From an uncultured delta proteobacterium (lineage in GTDB: Bacteria > Myxococcota_A > Polyangia > Polyangiales > Polyangiaceae), in contig CAVOKF010000006.1 of assembly GCA_963696385.1 (NCBI GenBank), forward strand, positions 160,001-224,000: a stretch of DNA of 64,000 nt, in the 5' to 3' direction. Position numbers and translations under genes: made by a program. The notes under the pieces were generated by a model. It was not told the origin of the DNA. It did no database searches and saw nothing but the letters and a program-made list of their open reading frames with translations. Positions 32,086 to 41,811 of this stretch are shown in pieces (positions within the stretch are counted from its first letter, which is position 1; the number at the start of each line of letters is the position of its first letter).

Positions 32086-33334
32086 CCGGGTCCGGTGTCT
32101 CCTGCGCCGGGCGATCGATCTCGGGAACGTTTCGTAAGTTGACGCGAACGCGCGTCCAGGTCGAGGATCGACCCCCCATCGCATCGACCAGGACATCGTC
32201 CACGGCAAGGTGAGCGGCGGCCGCCGGATGGCGTGCCTTCCACCGCTCGAGGCCTGCCACGGCCGCCTCTCGGCTCGGTGAATGTGCGACCACGAGCAGG
32301 GGCGCCTTGGTGCGGCCCGTGCGCGTGCTCTTGGCTCGTGAAGGCGCCACCCGAGGCGACTCCCCTTCGGCCTTTCGAAAATGAGGCGGCCAAGGTGCAT
32401 CGCCCAGCCCGGTCGCTTCATCCCGGGCCGCGAGGTCCAGCAGTGTTTCGAGCGATCCCGGAAAGCGATCGATGTCCGCATGCGGATCCCCGCGCGCGGC
32501 GAAGCGCGCCGGCACGGTCTGCACGGTGAAGTCGGCAGGGTCGCAGCGGACGACTTCGTCCCAGTCGAGAGGGGTCGAAACGCGCGCGTCCGGCGATGGA
32601 CGCACCGAGTAGGCCGAGCACGTGGTCCTGTCTTTGGCGTTTTGATTGTAATCGAGGAATACGCCGCGCCGTTCTTCCTTCCACCATTTCGACGTCGCGA
32701 TCCCCGGCAGCCGCCGTTCGATCTCGCGCGACAGCGCGAGGGCGGCACGACGCACCTCCGTAAAGGTCCAGCGGGGTTCGATTCGGACGTTGACGTGCAT
32801 CCCGCGCGATCCGCTGGTTTTTGGCCATCCCACGAGGCCGAGCTCTCCGATCAACGCGTGAACCGCGAGGGCGACCTTCCGGACATCCGACCAAGGGACA
32901 CCCGGGCCGGGGTCGAGGTCGACGCGAAGCTCGTCGGGATGTTCGAGATCCGAGGATTGTACCGAGTGCGGATGCAGCTCGAGGCACCCCAGGTTGACCA
33001 CCCATGCGAGCCCCGAGGCGTCGTCGACGACGATCTCGTCCGCCGTTCGCCCCGATGGGAAGGTCAGCGTGACCGTTCGGATCCACGGCGGTCGTTTTTC
33101 GGGCGCTCGCTTTTGGTAGAACGCCGGTCCGTCGGCGCCGTCGACGAACCGCTTGAGGACGAGGGGGCGATCGCGAATCCCCGAAAGCGCCCCGCCGGCG
33201 ATCGACAAGTAGTACTGAACGACGTCGAGCTTCGAGAGCTTCGCCTCTTTCGAGAAATACGGCTTGTGGGGGTGGGTGATGGTGACGTCCCGCCCGGCGA
33301 TCGCGAGGACCACGGCTGGCTCTTGGTTGGCCAT
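32030..33334 (-). CDS. LigD-type primase-polymerase (Prim-PolC-like) with C-terminal extension
   Basis: THPHK, FYQKR, ELRVDLDP, KTSGSRGMH, FLDYNQN, AYSVR, VSTPLDW. Confidence 0.9.
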   Translation of the reverse strand: MANQEPAVVLAIAGRDVTITHPHKPYFSKEAKLSKLDVVQYYLSIAGGALSGIRDRPLVLKRFVDGADGPAFYQKRAPEKRPPWIRTVTLTFPSGRTADEIVVDDASGLAWVVNLGCLELHPHSVQSSDLEHPDELRVDLDPGPGVPWSDVRKVALAVHALIGELGLVGWPKTSGSRGMHVNVRIEPRWTFTEVRRAALALSREIERRLPGIATSKWWKEERRGVFLDYNQNAKDRTTCSAYSVRPSPDARVSTPLDWDEVVRCDPADFTVQTVPARFAARGDPHADIDRFPGSLETLLDLAARDEATGLGDAPWPPHFRKAEGESPRVAPSRAKSTRTGRTKAPLLVVAHSPSREAAVAGLERWKARHPAAAAHLAVDDVLVDAMGGRSSTWTRVRVNLRNVPEIDRPAQETPDPDDDPTPKGRSGSHTPTRG

Positions 33335-33607
33335 CGAGGCGAGGCTACATCAGGCGTGGCGGCCACCGCGCGGCGAGTGTGCCACGCGACGGCGTCGCTC
33401 GGGTAGGCGCTTTGCCTTCGCTGCCCACACGGGCACTTGCGTACCTGCACCCCCCGATGGTCGAGGGCAGTGCCGCGTGCCCCCCGCGCCCGATCGGGTG
33501 AGCCGATTTGTCGATTGAACACCACTGCATCAAGGGGGGGTAGGGTGTCCCCTTAGTGCAGCGCCCCGTTAGACGGTACCCCGCTGGGCTGAGCTGCGCG
33601 TGCCGAG

Positions 33608-34021
33608 ATGGCTGAGCGCGTCTCGGTGCAGAGCCGCGGATGGGACACGCTGCGGACGTTCGCTCGACATCAGATGGGCGCCGTGGTCGCGACGGGCGTC
33701 GACTTCGGCGTGATGATCGCGTGTGTCGAATGGCTCGGCGTCTCCGCCGTGGCTGGTACGGCCGCCGGTGCGACGCTCGGGGCGGTGACCAACTTCACCC
33801 TCGGCCGTGTGTGGATCTTTCGACATCACTCGGGACGTGCCGCTCACCAAGCCGTGCGGTACGCGCTCGTCTCGGCCGCCAGCGCCGCGTGGAACTCGCT
33901 GGGCGAACACGTCGTGCACGATCTCGTCCACGTGCAATACGTGGTCGCGCGCGCGCTCGTAGCCTTCGTGGTCGGCTTGATCTGGAACTTTCCCATGCAC
34001 CGCTACTTCGTCTTTCGCTGA
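33608..34021 (+). CDS. GtrA family membrane protein
   Basis: ATGVDF, NFTLGRVWIF, WNFPMHRYFVF. Confidence 0.85.
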   Translation: MAERVSVQSRGWDTLRTFARHQMGAVVATGVDFGVMIACVEWLGVSAVAGTAAGATLGAVTNFTLGRVWIFRHHSGRAAHQAVRYALVSAASAAWNSLGEHVVHDLVHVQYVVARALVAFVVGLIWNFPMHRYFVFR

Positions 34022-34030
34022 TTCGAGGTT

Positions 34031-34060
34031 TCGGGTCGGGGTCGGGGTCGGGGTCGGGGT
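34031..34060. repeat. (TCGGGG)n microsatellite, about 5 units
   Basis: Read directly just downstream of gtrA. Confidence 0.8.
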
Positions 34061-34117
34061 AACCGGAAAGCAACCATCACGCCGCGAGGCGCATCCGAAC
34101 GATCGAGGGCCTGCACC

Positions 34118-34327
34118 ATGAGCTTATCGATGGTCCCGCTTCTCATGCACAGCGAACACGTCCCGGCCGGAGCGCGCGACGCCATCCGGGCCGCGCACGA
34201 AGCGTCTCCGGAGGACCGCGGCGCAAAGCTCGAGGCCGCAGCGCGGATCCTCCATCAGGAAACCGGTCTCGAGTGCCGCGACGTTCGCGAGCTCGTGGGC
34301 CTGTCCGGCATGCACGATTGCGAGTGA
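34118..34327 (+). CDS. Small hypothetical protein (69 aa)
   Basis: Compact helical ORF with GC3-biased codons. Confidence 0.55.
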   Translation: MSLSMVPLLMHSEHVPAGARDAIRAAHEASPEDRGAKLEAAARILHQETGLECRDVRELVGLSGMHDCE

Positions 34328-34375
34328 GCCTCTTTGAGGATCTGCCGCGCGCACAGCGGACTTCGGCGTGCATCT

Positions 34376-34428
34376 CTGCACGAGAACCTACGTGCAGTAA
34401 CCCTGCACGAGAACCTACCTGCAGTAAC
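34376..34428. repeat. 27-bp-period tandem duplication spanning the RibD-like gene stop
   Basis: CTGCACGAGAACCTAC(G/C)TGCAGTAAC twice. Confidence 0.88.
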
Positions 34429-35048
34429 TCAGGAACAGTTCGTCGCCGACTCGATCGACGCTCGTCAAGCGGGCGTCCTGCATGGAAAGAGCAAGGCCGG
34501 CTCCCTCGACCATCGTGGGCGCCCCGGCACCGCCGAGCACCCGCGGTACGAGCGTCACGCGGATTTCGTCGACCGCTCCGGCTGCGAAGAACGCCGCGTT
34601 GATCACGCCTCCCCCTTCGCACAGGACGACCTTGCAGCTGCGTTCGTGCGCAAGCCACGCGAGCAGGGCCGAGACGTCGACCTCCGCTTCGCCCAGCTCG
34701 ACGAGCGTTGCGCGCGCGCCGAGCTCCGCGCGCTTTGCGTCCGGCATCGTCGAGGCGTGTGCGACGACGACTTCGCCGTCGAGCGCCGGATCGAAGAGGC
34801 GGGCCTCCACGGTCAGAGATTGGCCAGCCCGCGTCACGACGACACGCAACGGGCTCGGCATCAGAATCCGGATCGTCGGTGCGAACGTTGGTGGCGCCGA
34901 CGATCACGGCGTCGCACCTGGACCTGAGAGCCTTCATCCGCTTGGCGTCTTCGGCGCCGCGAGACATCACAAAGGGGCCGCGTCGGTGCAGCGGCGCGAT
35001 TTTCCCGTCGAGGCTTGTGGCCACGTTGCAAACGACGCGAGGTCGCAC
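34415..35048 (-). CDS. RibD C-terminal / dihydrofolate reductase-like protein, frameshift near 34865
   Basis: ATSLDGKI, DAVIVGATNVRTDDP, then VLCEGGG, VDEI in a second frame. Confidence 0.85.
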
Positions 35049-35579
35049 GGCGGTCGACCCTAGCGTGGTTGGGATGCGCCGCGCAGCGCGCGAGACCGCC
35101 TACCGACGCACCGGATTCTCTCGCCCCGCTCTTTGTACGGTACCCTAGAACATCCGGCACCACGCCTCGCCGACCTCGTGTTCGGTGCGCAGGCGATGGT
35201 CGAGCGACTTGTCCGCGAGGTGATAACGCGCGGACTATCCAGCCAGGCAGGTGAATATGACCCTTGCATAATGACGGAGCGCCGCGCCATGCGCGAAGAG
35301 TTCGAAGAACTGTGCCGCAGAGCCCGCTAGCCTAGCCCGGAGCGGCAGAACGTGGGCGCGACGACCTGGCGCTCAGCTCCGCGCCCCTACCGTCCTCACC
35401 GACCGCCGGGGGACTGGATGCTGGGGGGTCCTATGGCTCGGGCGAACTGCGGCGCGCTTCTGGTGGATTCCGTCAGCACTGTTGCGCGCCAAGCCGTTTC
35501 TCAAAGTCATCCCGGCAGAAATAAATGACGTAAATGACAGAATTCGAGTCTCGCGATCCTTTCGGGGGGAACTCCCCCT

Positions 35580-35796
35580 AATCGCCCTACGGCGCCCAGC
35601 AGGGTGGCGATGGCGAGGACGGCCAGCGCGTACGCGACGACGATGAGCGCGGACGTGCCCCGGTCGACAGCTGACGGCCGCATCTTCTTCGCGGTGTCGC
35701 CCCGCCGCAGCAGCTCCATCAACGCGAAGCTGCCCATGAGGAGACCGCCGGCAAGCTGCGGGACCACGGTAACGAGAGGGTACCAGAGCTCGGCCA
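35580..35796 (-). pseudogene. Truncated membrane protein, possibly the N-terminus of an isoprenylcysteine carboxyl methyltransferase-family protein
   Basis: TM...DRGTSALIVVAY...TM, then coding character is lost. Confidence 0.35.
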
Positions 35797-36021
35797 TGAC
35801 GCCCGCATCGACGTCGCCGTACTGGTCACCAACGCCGGGTTCGGCGTCCACGCGCCAGGCTCTACGGAGTGCGCAGGACGCTTTGCCCGGCAGGTCTTCC
35901 TTGGGGGGCGGCTCGTCCAACGACTGCTCGAGACCGCCCTGTTCTCGGTGGTCGGCGCATCGTGCGCATGGGGAGAACTCGCTTGCCGACCACTGTGAGC
36001 GCCCCGGAGGGGAGGAGCCCC

Positions 36022-36246
36022 TCAGCGCTTCGCCACGAAGTCTCGAACATCCATCCCGATGTCTCGGACAATGGCGCGGAGAAGCGCGGGGGAAATGTCG
36101 CGCCCCGGGTCAAAGGGTACCATCGTAGCTCGACCATCGGAGTGGCGATACTGGCGATGCGACCCACGTTGGCGAACCTCCGCGAATCCGAGGCGCTCGA
36201 GAATCGTTGCAACCTCTCGCGGTTTCAGGATCGGGACGTCGCTCAC
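36022..36246 (-). CDS. hicA: HicA family mRNA interferase toxin
   Basis: LERLGFAEVRQRGSHRQYRH..GR.T.VP. Confidence 0.9.
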   Translation of the reverse strand: MSDVPILKPREVATILERLGFAEVRQRGSHRQYRHSDGRATMVPFDPGRDISPALLRAIVRDIGMDVRDFVAKR

Positions 36247-36248
36247 GC

Positions 36249-36458
36249 CTACGCAACCTTGACGGTCTGCGTTCCGACGAACTCTCCTTCGAGTTTTGGT
36301 TCACCATCTTCAAGGAGCATGGCGACGACCTCTTCCAAGTTCTGGCGCAACTCGTCGACCGTAGCTCCTTGAGAATGCGCGCCGGGCCAGCCGGGAACAT
36401 AGCCCACGAAGAGGCCCGTGGTGGCGTCACGCTCGATGACAGCGGTGAAGCTCCGCAT
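36249..36458 (-). CDS. hicB: Short HicB family antitoxin
   Basis: FTAVIERD...VPGWPGAHSQGATVDELRQNLEE. Confidence 0.9.
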   Translation of the reverse strand: MRSFTAVIERDATTGLFVGYVPGWPGAHSQGATVDELRQNLEEVVAMLLEDGEPKLEGEFVGTQTVKVA

Positions 36459-36842
36459 GCCGTTACGTAACGCGTCACGGTGCAGTCAACAAGATGTCGT
36501 GCGACTCGGCCGTGCGCCGCGCATCACTGCCCGGAACGTGAAGGCCGCGTAAACCACCTTGGCCGGGTGAAATGATCGCGGGAGAAACGGGCATCGGCGG
36601 CGGGACGCCAAGGCTCGCCCCATTCATTCGGGAACGCCGCGTCCGTCGGCTTTGGGGCGTGACCGGCTCGGTCCCGGCCACGTCTAGAAGCTCCGCCGTG
36701 TCGCGTGCGCGGTGTACGGATGCCCCTCGCGGGGGTCCGGCTGGGTCCGCCGCGCGCAGGTCGGCACCAGCATCGCGGCAATGTCGTGAGGCCCGGAATC
36801 GACACCGAGACGCGCGATCGACTGATGGGCCACTCCGCCGGC

Positions 36843-36868
36843 GCTGAAGTTCCCCGCTGAACTTCAGC
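36843..36868 (-). terminator. Hairpin downstream of the tRNA fragment
   Basis: GCTGAAGTTC-N6-GAACTTCAGC perfect 10-bp stem; no U-tract, so function uncertain. Confidence 0.4.
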
Positions 36869-36881
36869 CTAAGGATTCCGG

Positions 36882-36926
36882 GCACGCCCGGCAGGGACTC
36901 GAACCTGCGACCCGCGGCTTAGAAGT
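36882..36926 (-). other. 3' half of tRNA-Arg(TCT): att site bounding a genomic island
   Basis: Minus strand CTTCTAA-GCCGC-GGGTC-GCAGGTTCGAGTCCCTGC-CGGGCGTG: anticodon loop, T-arm and acceptor 3' strand. No D-arm or 5' acceptor upstream. Confidence 0.85.
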
Positions 36927-36945
36927 CCGTACCAGAGGGCCGTTC

Positions 36946-37092
36946 GTGCAGCGTGGTGCAGCAAAATGCAATCTGGCGCCGATTTCCGGGCAACTCGACT
37001 GCACCACGCTGCACCAGCGGCCCTGAAAGCCGCGAGCCACGACAGATTCGGGAGGCCTCCACGACAGATTGGAACGGGCAGCACGACAGATT
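36946..37092. promoter_or_regulatory. Putative recombination arm/accessory sites: 16-bp inverted repeat + three phased 11-bp direct repeats
   Basis: GTGCAGCGTGGTGCAG (36946) / CTGCACCACGCTGCAC (36999); CACGACAGATT at 37038, 37060, 37082. Confidence 0.65.
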
Positions 37093-37486
37093 CATTCGTG
37101 CGATTCCCGAGTCATGGTGAACGCACTGCCGCGTCGTGGCATTCACTTCTCGGCGTGCCCTTCCGTTGGGGGTCTTCGAGCGAGTCTGTGCGACGGCAAG
37201 TGCCGTGCGGGCTCTTGGGCCGGCATGGACAGACTGTGCCAGCCAGCACACGAGAAACCTCGCCGGGACGGGCTCGTGGATCCGCGGCACGACGATCGGC
37301 ATAACTTCCCGCCCTTCATCATCGGGTCGTCGTCTTTCGAGATCGAAGACGGCTGAGGACCCGGGTCCGATGATCGCGCCAGCTTCTTTGGGGCGCGCTT
37401 CTGGTGTGTCGCTCGCACGTGGTGCCTCGCGGGCGCGGATTCCCAGTCTCGACCAGAGTGGCGAAGACGACGCTCCCGGGCCGCGC

Positions 37487-38440
37487 TCAGTCACGCCGGC
37501 GCGGTCCGCCGCGCTCCCGCCACCAGGCTGTCACAATCTTTGCGCTCTCGTACACCGGGCCGTGCGGGGGCCCGGCTTGCCAGTGAAGTCGCTCGCCGTC
37601 GCCCCAGAGGACGCGCGCTCTCGGGTACCACTCACGTTCACAGCGAACGCTCGAATCGGCCCATGGGTTCAGCAACGCCGTGCAAACGTAGCGGAAGCGA
37701 GCGGCACCGCGAACATGATCCAGGAACACGACGGCTCCGATGTGGCGCCAAGCCGGGAGCGAGAAACATCCGAGTTCGTCGCGGGGGTACACAATCATGC
37801 CGTCTATCTGGTGACTCATGCCGACCAAAGCGAGAAGGGAAAGGTCCGGGTCTACAGCGAGGCTGAAGTTTCGTTGAGCGCTGACCACGATCATCGACGG
37901 TTGCCTTGCGCCTTCGAGTTGTTTCCGCCCCTTGTCGAGTGCCTTGCGCACGCGTTCGTTGTTGTGCTGGTCAGGCTGGTCAGGCGCCTTCACCTGCAAC
38001 ACCGCGCGCAGTCCCGACGGCGTGACCAATTCGACGTCGACATCGCCCAAAGCAGTCTTTGGCTCCCAGGCGCCGAATTGCCACCCAGTGCCGACGAAGT
38101 AGTGCGTCGCCATGGCCGGAGCCAGCTCCGAAGTCATAGCTTGGTGGGCTTTCTCGTTCGCGTGGCGCTGGCCCCTCGGCTGCTTGTGAACGCGTCCACC
38201 GCTCGCACGCGCCCGTGCAACGAGCGGCTCTGCGAAACCGTGCTTCTCGGCCGTGTGCAGCCAGTGCCCGACCTCCGCTTTCCAGTCGGACTGCGAATCG
38301 CGCCCGAGACGCCACGGTATCAGCCCCTCCGGCCACGTCGACGGGGCGCCTAAACGGCGATCCACAAGCACGCACGCTTCCTCGTCGCTGATCTCGTGCA
38401 GATCGCCGACCTCGATCGACGGGCTGGGCGTGCCGATCAT
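37487..38440 (-). CDS. Hypothetical protein, possible PD-(D/E)XK nuclease
   Basis: SEL...GDVDVEL...LQVKAP resembles the E..D..(E/Q)xK core; start uncertain. Confidence 0.55.
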   Translation of the reverse strand: MIGTPSPSIEVGDLHEISDEEACVLVDRRLGAPSTWPEGLIPWRLGRDSQSDWKAEVGHWLHTAEKHGFAEPLVARARASGGRVHKQPRGQRHANEKAHQAMTSELAPAMATHYFVGTGWQFGAWEPKTALGDVDVELVTPSGLRAVLQVKAPDQPDQHNNERVRKALDKGRKQLEGARQPSMIVVSAQRNFSLAVDPDLSLLALVGMSHQIDGMIVYPRDELGCFSLPAWRHIGAVVFLDHVRGAARFRYVCTALLNPWADSSVRCEREWYPRARVLWGDGERLHWQAGPPHGPVYESAKIVTAWWRERGGPRRRD

Positions 38441-39047
38441 CCTTGAACCGCAAGTATAACCCGAGGTTCGCGCCGGCCCCGCCCCTGTCATCGGCAAATC
38501 GCTCCGGCGGACGCGGAAGGCTCGCCTTGTGCCCCGCCGGCCAAAATCATCGAAAACCATTCGTGACCACGTCAGCATCGCGCTCCCGCGCGGCGATGCG
38601 TTCGGAGCGGCATCGCTCCTTCGCACCTTGTAGCGGATTCTCAGATCACGGAGGCAGCAAACCACCTAAAGGTCCGTCGCGCCGCAGAAGCGAGCCCACC
38701 TGCTTGAACGGGATGTCGATGACAGCGTCAACGCGATCACATGAGGTAGGTCGTTCGCGAAGAACATTAATCCAGTGTTCGTGATGGCAAAATACTTCCA
38801 CGCGCCCGTATGTCGAACGATTGATTAAGGGGCGCCCATTTCTGGCAGCATTGACGGAGATCCATCGGGCGCAAGGCCGAGCATGTGCGCCAGCGAGGGT
38901 GTGGGTATTGTGGCGGGCCGTCGCAATCTTTTACGCAAGCTATCGACACAAGGTGTCGATTTTCTGAATCTTGATGATTACTCCGCCGACGCGGTCGTTG
39001 CCTTGAGCCTTGACTCGTCTCCGGCGAGAGAGAGACGATATTGTTTC

Positions 39048-39851
39048 ATGCACCGCAACGGTTGGACCCTTCGTCCGCGTCTTGGGACTCCAATTCGCGT
39101 GAAACGTTGGACCGATCTAGCCCCTGGCGAGACTTTCCAGGAGTCTCACTCCGCACTCGCCGCGGTAGAGCTCATGAACGCGCTCTCGCACGACGAACTC
39201 ACTGCCCGAGAGATCTACCTCGATTTCTGTCGACAGAGCCTGCATCGGAGCTTTGATCACGGCAGCCGGCTCGACAACCACGAGTTGGACATGCTGCGCG
39301 GCGCCTTCAGACACGGCCAGTATGTTATTGTCCCTCTACGTCCTGCGCCGCGTATGGCTTGGGGTGCGAAAGTGAGTGCAAAGTTCCGGAAGAAAGTGAT
39401 CGAGATCTGCGGCCGGCTCGGAACAAAGCCCGACTATCTGATGGCCTGCATGGCTTTCGAAAGCGGTGAGACGTTCAGCGCGTCGGTTCGGAATCCTCTT
39501 AGCGGGGCCGTCGGTCTCATCCAGTTCACCCGCGATGTCGCAACGGGTCTTGGTACGTCGATCGATGCTCTTGCGGCCATGACGGCGGAGGATCAGCTCG
39601 ATTACGTGGAGAGGTACTTCCTATCGAAGGGCTGCGTGGGCAAAGTTGCCACGCTTGAAGACCTCTATATGGCCATCCTTTGGCCAAAGGCGATTGGCAG
39701 CGAGACTACGTCTGTTCTCTTCAGCGACCCGTCGAAGTACTACGTCCAGAATCGTGGCCTCGATGCCAACAAGGATCACGCAGTGACGAAATTCGAAGCT
39801 GCATCGCAAGTGCGCGCCAAGTTGGTCAAGGGCGCCCAGTATTCAGGCTAA
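39048..39851 (+). CDS. Two-domain protein with C-terminal lysozyme-like/lytic transglycosylase domain
   Basis: AWGAKVS..F..KV..IC..L...PDYLMACMAFESGETF...N..SGAVGLIQF; QLDYV; DLYMAILWP; YVQNRGLD. Confidence 0.85.
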   Translation: MHRNGWTLRPRLGTPIRVKRWTDLAPGETFQESHSALAAVELMNALSHDELTAREIYLDFCRQSLHRSFDHGSRLDNHELDMLRGAFRHGQYVIVPLRPAPRMAWGAKVSAKFRKKVIEICGRLGTKPDYLMACMAFESGETFSASVRNPLSGAVGLIQFTRDVATGLGTSIDALAAMTAEDQLDYVERYFLSKGCVGKVATLEDLYMAILWPKAIGSETTSVLFSDPSKYYVQNRGLDANKDHAVTKFEAASQVRAKLVKGAQYSG

Positions 39852-40942
39852 TGGCTCGACCGTGGATATGGCGGCTTGCGATGGTGAGCATCATTGTGGC
39901 TGTGGTTGGTTGCCATGGGAAAGTGTCCCGATCCACGGCACTCGAGTCGACCCATGATGAAGGCGACCGTCCGGTCTCCGACGCACGCACACCAGATTCG
40001 GCCGTCGCTCCGGTGCGGCCGGCTATCGCGCCGAGCCATGCTGGGTCCCTCTCGCCATTGAGCGAAGGCGGGGAGGATCTGGCGTTCGCAGAAAGGCACG
40101 CCGGGGTATTGAGCGTGGCGTTCGTCCCGCCGGACGGGAAGTTTGCAATTTCGAGCGGAATCGACGACACGACGTTCTTGTGGGACACGAGGACGGGGCG
40201 GGCCATCCACCGCTATGCGGGCAAAGCATTTCGCTTCAACTGCGTTCGAATGACGGCGGACGGCGTCCATGCCTTAACCGACGGCGATCTGGGCGCAAAC
40301 TATTGGGAAGTGCAAACAGGCAAAGTGCTCAGACGATTTTCTGGTCCTCGCTTCGGCTTCTCGACCGTGGCATTGTCGCCGGACGAGCGCATCGTAGCGA
40401 CGAGCGGAAGCGACGGACTGACTTTTTGGGGGTTCGACTCAGAACGAGCGGTTCGACGGATCGACGGCGCGAGCGCGCTCTCGATCGGCTACTCATTGGA
40501 TTCAACGAGAGCGTTCTGGGTTGGCGTCGACGATCGCCTTTGCCAGGCCGAGGTGCATGGGCACGGGAGTCCAACGTGCTTCGATATCGATGCTGGCCGG
40601 CTCGACGTTGCGGACGTCGAGGTCGATGAGTCGCTCACGGGTGAGCGTGACGGAGACCTCACGCTCTGGGCAAATGGCACGGGGCGCCGTCTCAGGAGCT
40701 GGTCGGCCAACGAGCGGGCCATAGACGCGGTCTCCTTTCTTCCAAGCAGAGCCCTTGCGGCGTCGGCGGGCGAAGACCGCACGATTCGCGTGTGGAGAAC
40801 CGATGCGGGCAAACTGGTATCTGAGCGGCAGACCGTCGGATTCGCGACTGCCGTCGCTTTGTCCGGAGACGGCGGACGGGTGATCTACGGGACGGACGCG
40901 GGCGACGTCCACGTATGGACCATCGGGGGAGCGGAGCGCTAA
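39851..40942 (+). CDS. WD40-repeat lipoprotein
   Basis: TAATG coupling to the upstream gene; VVGC lipobox; repeats H..VLSVAF.PDG...S.DDT..LWD and SAGEDRTIRVW. Confidence 0.88.
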   Translation: MARPWIWRLAMVSIIVAVVGCHGKVSRSTALESTHDEGDRPVSDARTPDSAVAPVRPAIAPSHAGSLSPLSEGGEDLAFAERHAGVLSVAFVPPDGKFAISSGIDDTTFLWDTRTGRAIHRYAGKAFRFNCVRMTADGVHALTDGDLGANYWEVQTGKVLRRFSGPRFGFSTVALSPDERIVATSGSDGLTFWGFDSERAVRRIDGASALSIGYSLDSTRAFWVGVDDRLCQAEVHGHGSPTCFDIDAGRLDVADVEVDESLTGERDGDLTLWANGTGRRLRSWSANERAIDAVSFLPSRALAASAGEDRTIRVWRTDAGKLVSERQTVGFATAVALSGDGGRVIYGTDAGDVHVWTIGGAER

Positions 40943-41811
40943 ACCGACGACGCGGTGACCCGGGTAGACGCCGGCGGCCAAGCACCAGAAAGCATGGCAC
41001 AGCAGCGAAGAGCTCAACGATGCGTCACCCGTTCGGACCGCGCAGGTTATTGCACGGTTCACGCACGATCCCGGCGTTCGACGGCACCGCCTGCACCAAG
41101 GGCGCTTTCCCACCTGGCGCAGTTCGTCGAGGTGGCCGCGAGCGATACCCTCTGGGCAACCGAGCGGGACGGCGACATCGTGCTCACGACGAGCGGGGAC
41201 GGGACGTTCCAGAGGGAGTAGGCAACGAGCGCTCCGGGAGAAGCACGTAGGTGGATACCGAGATCCGGTACGGGGCATTTGGGGCCGTTCGCGTCGTCGA
41301 TTACGAGCTGCGCACAACAAGTGGCACGGGTGGTCGCGGCCGAGCGGCCAACATCCGGACTACGGCCAGCAAATGCCTATACCACCCACCGCTCGCGGGT
41401 CGTGACTTGGGTACGGCCAGCAACCTAACGCGAGGCGCCCACTCGCGGAGCAAGGCTGCTCGGCATGGCGAGTTCGACACGGCTTCAAGCATGAACGACC
41501 CAGTGTAGCTTGTCTGGCAGTCCGTTCGCGGTGCCCATCGACCGCGAAACGAGAGCTAAGCTGCCGTACTGGACCGCCCAGAAGCTCGTCGATGGACCAT
41601 TTGAGGATCAACGTCGGGCCGAGGCGATCAGCACGGCAGCGCTCGCGACAAGATTGGCTCGCCAACTATGGACGACCGGCGGCGCCCCGGCGCGCCCGAG
41701 ATCGCGGTCGAAGAGAACGACCTCGACGCCTCGGCGCCGAAGCTGTCGCAACACGCAGAAGTGCAAGGTTCAACGAGGAGACCGGCAAAACGGCCAGGAT
41801 TGGCACGAGGG

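Noticed and set aside
36882..36960. Intact tRNA-Arg gene
   Set aside because: No D-arm or 5' acceptor strand, and the anticodon stem does not pair fully.
37038..37092. Mini-CRISPR
   Set aside because: 11-bp repeats and 11-bp spacers are far too short; they fit protein-binding sites better.
40955..41800. Short ORFs after the WD40 gene
   Set aside because: No recognisable motifs or consistent coding signal.
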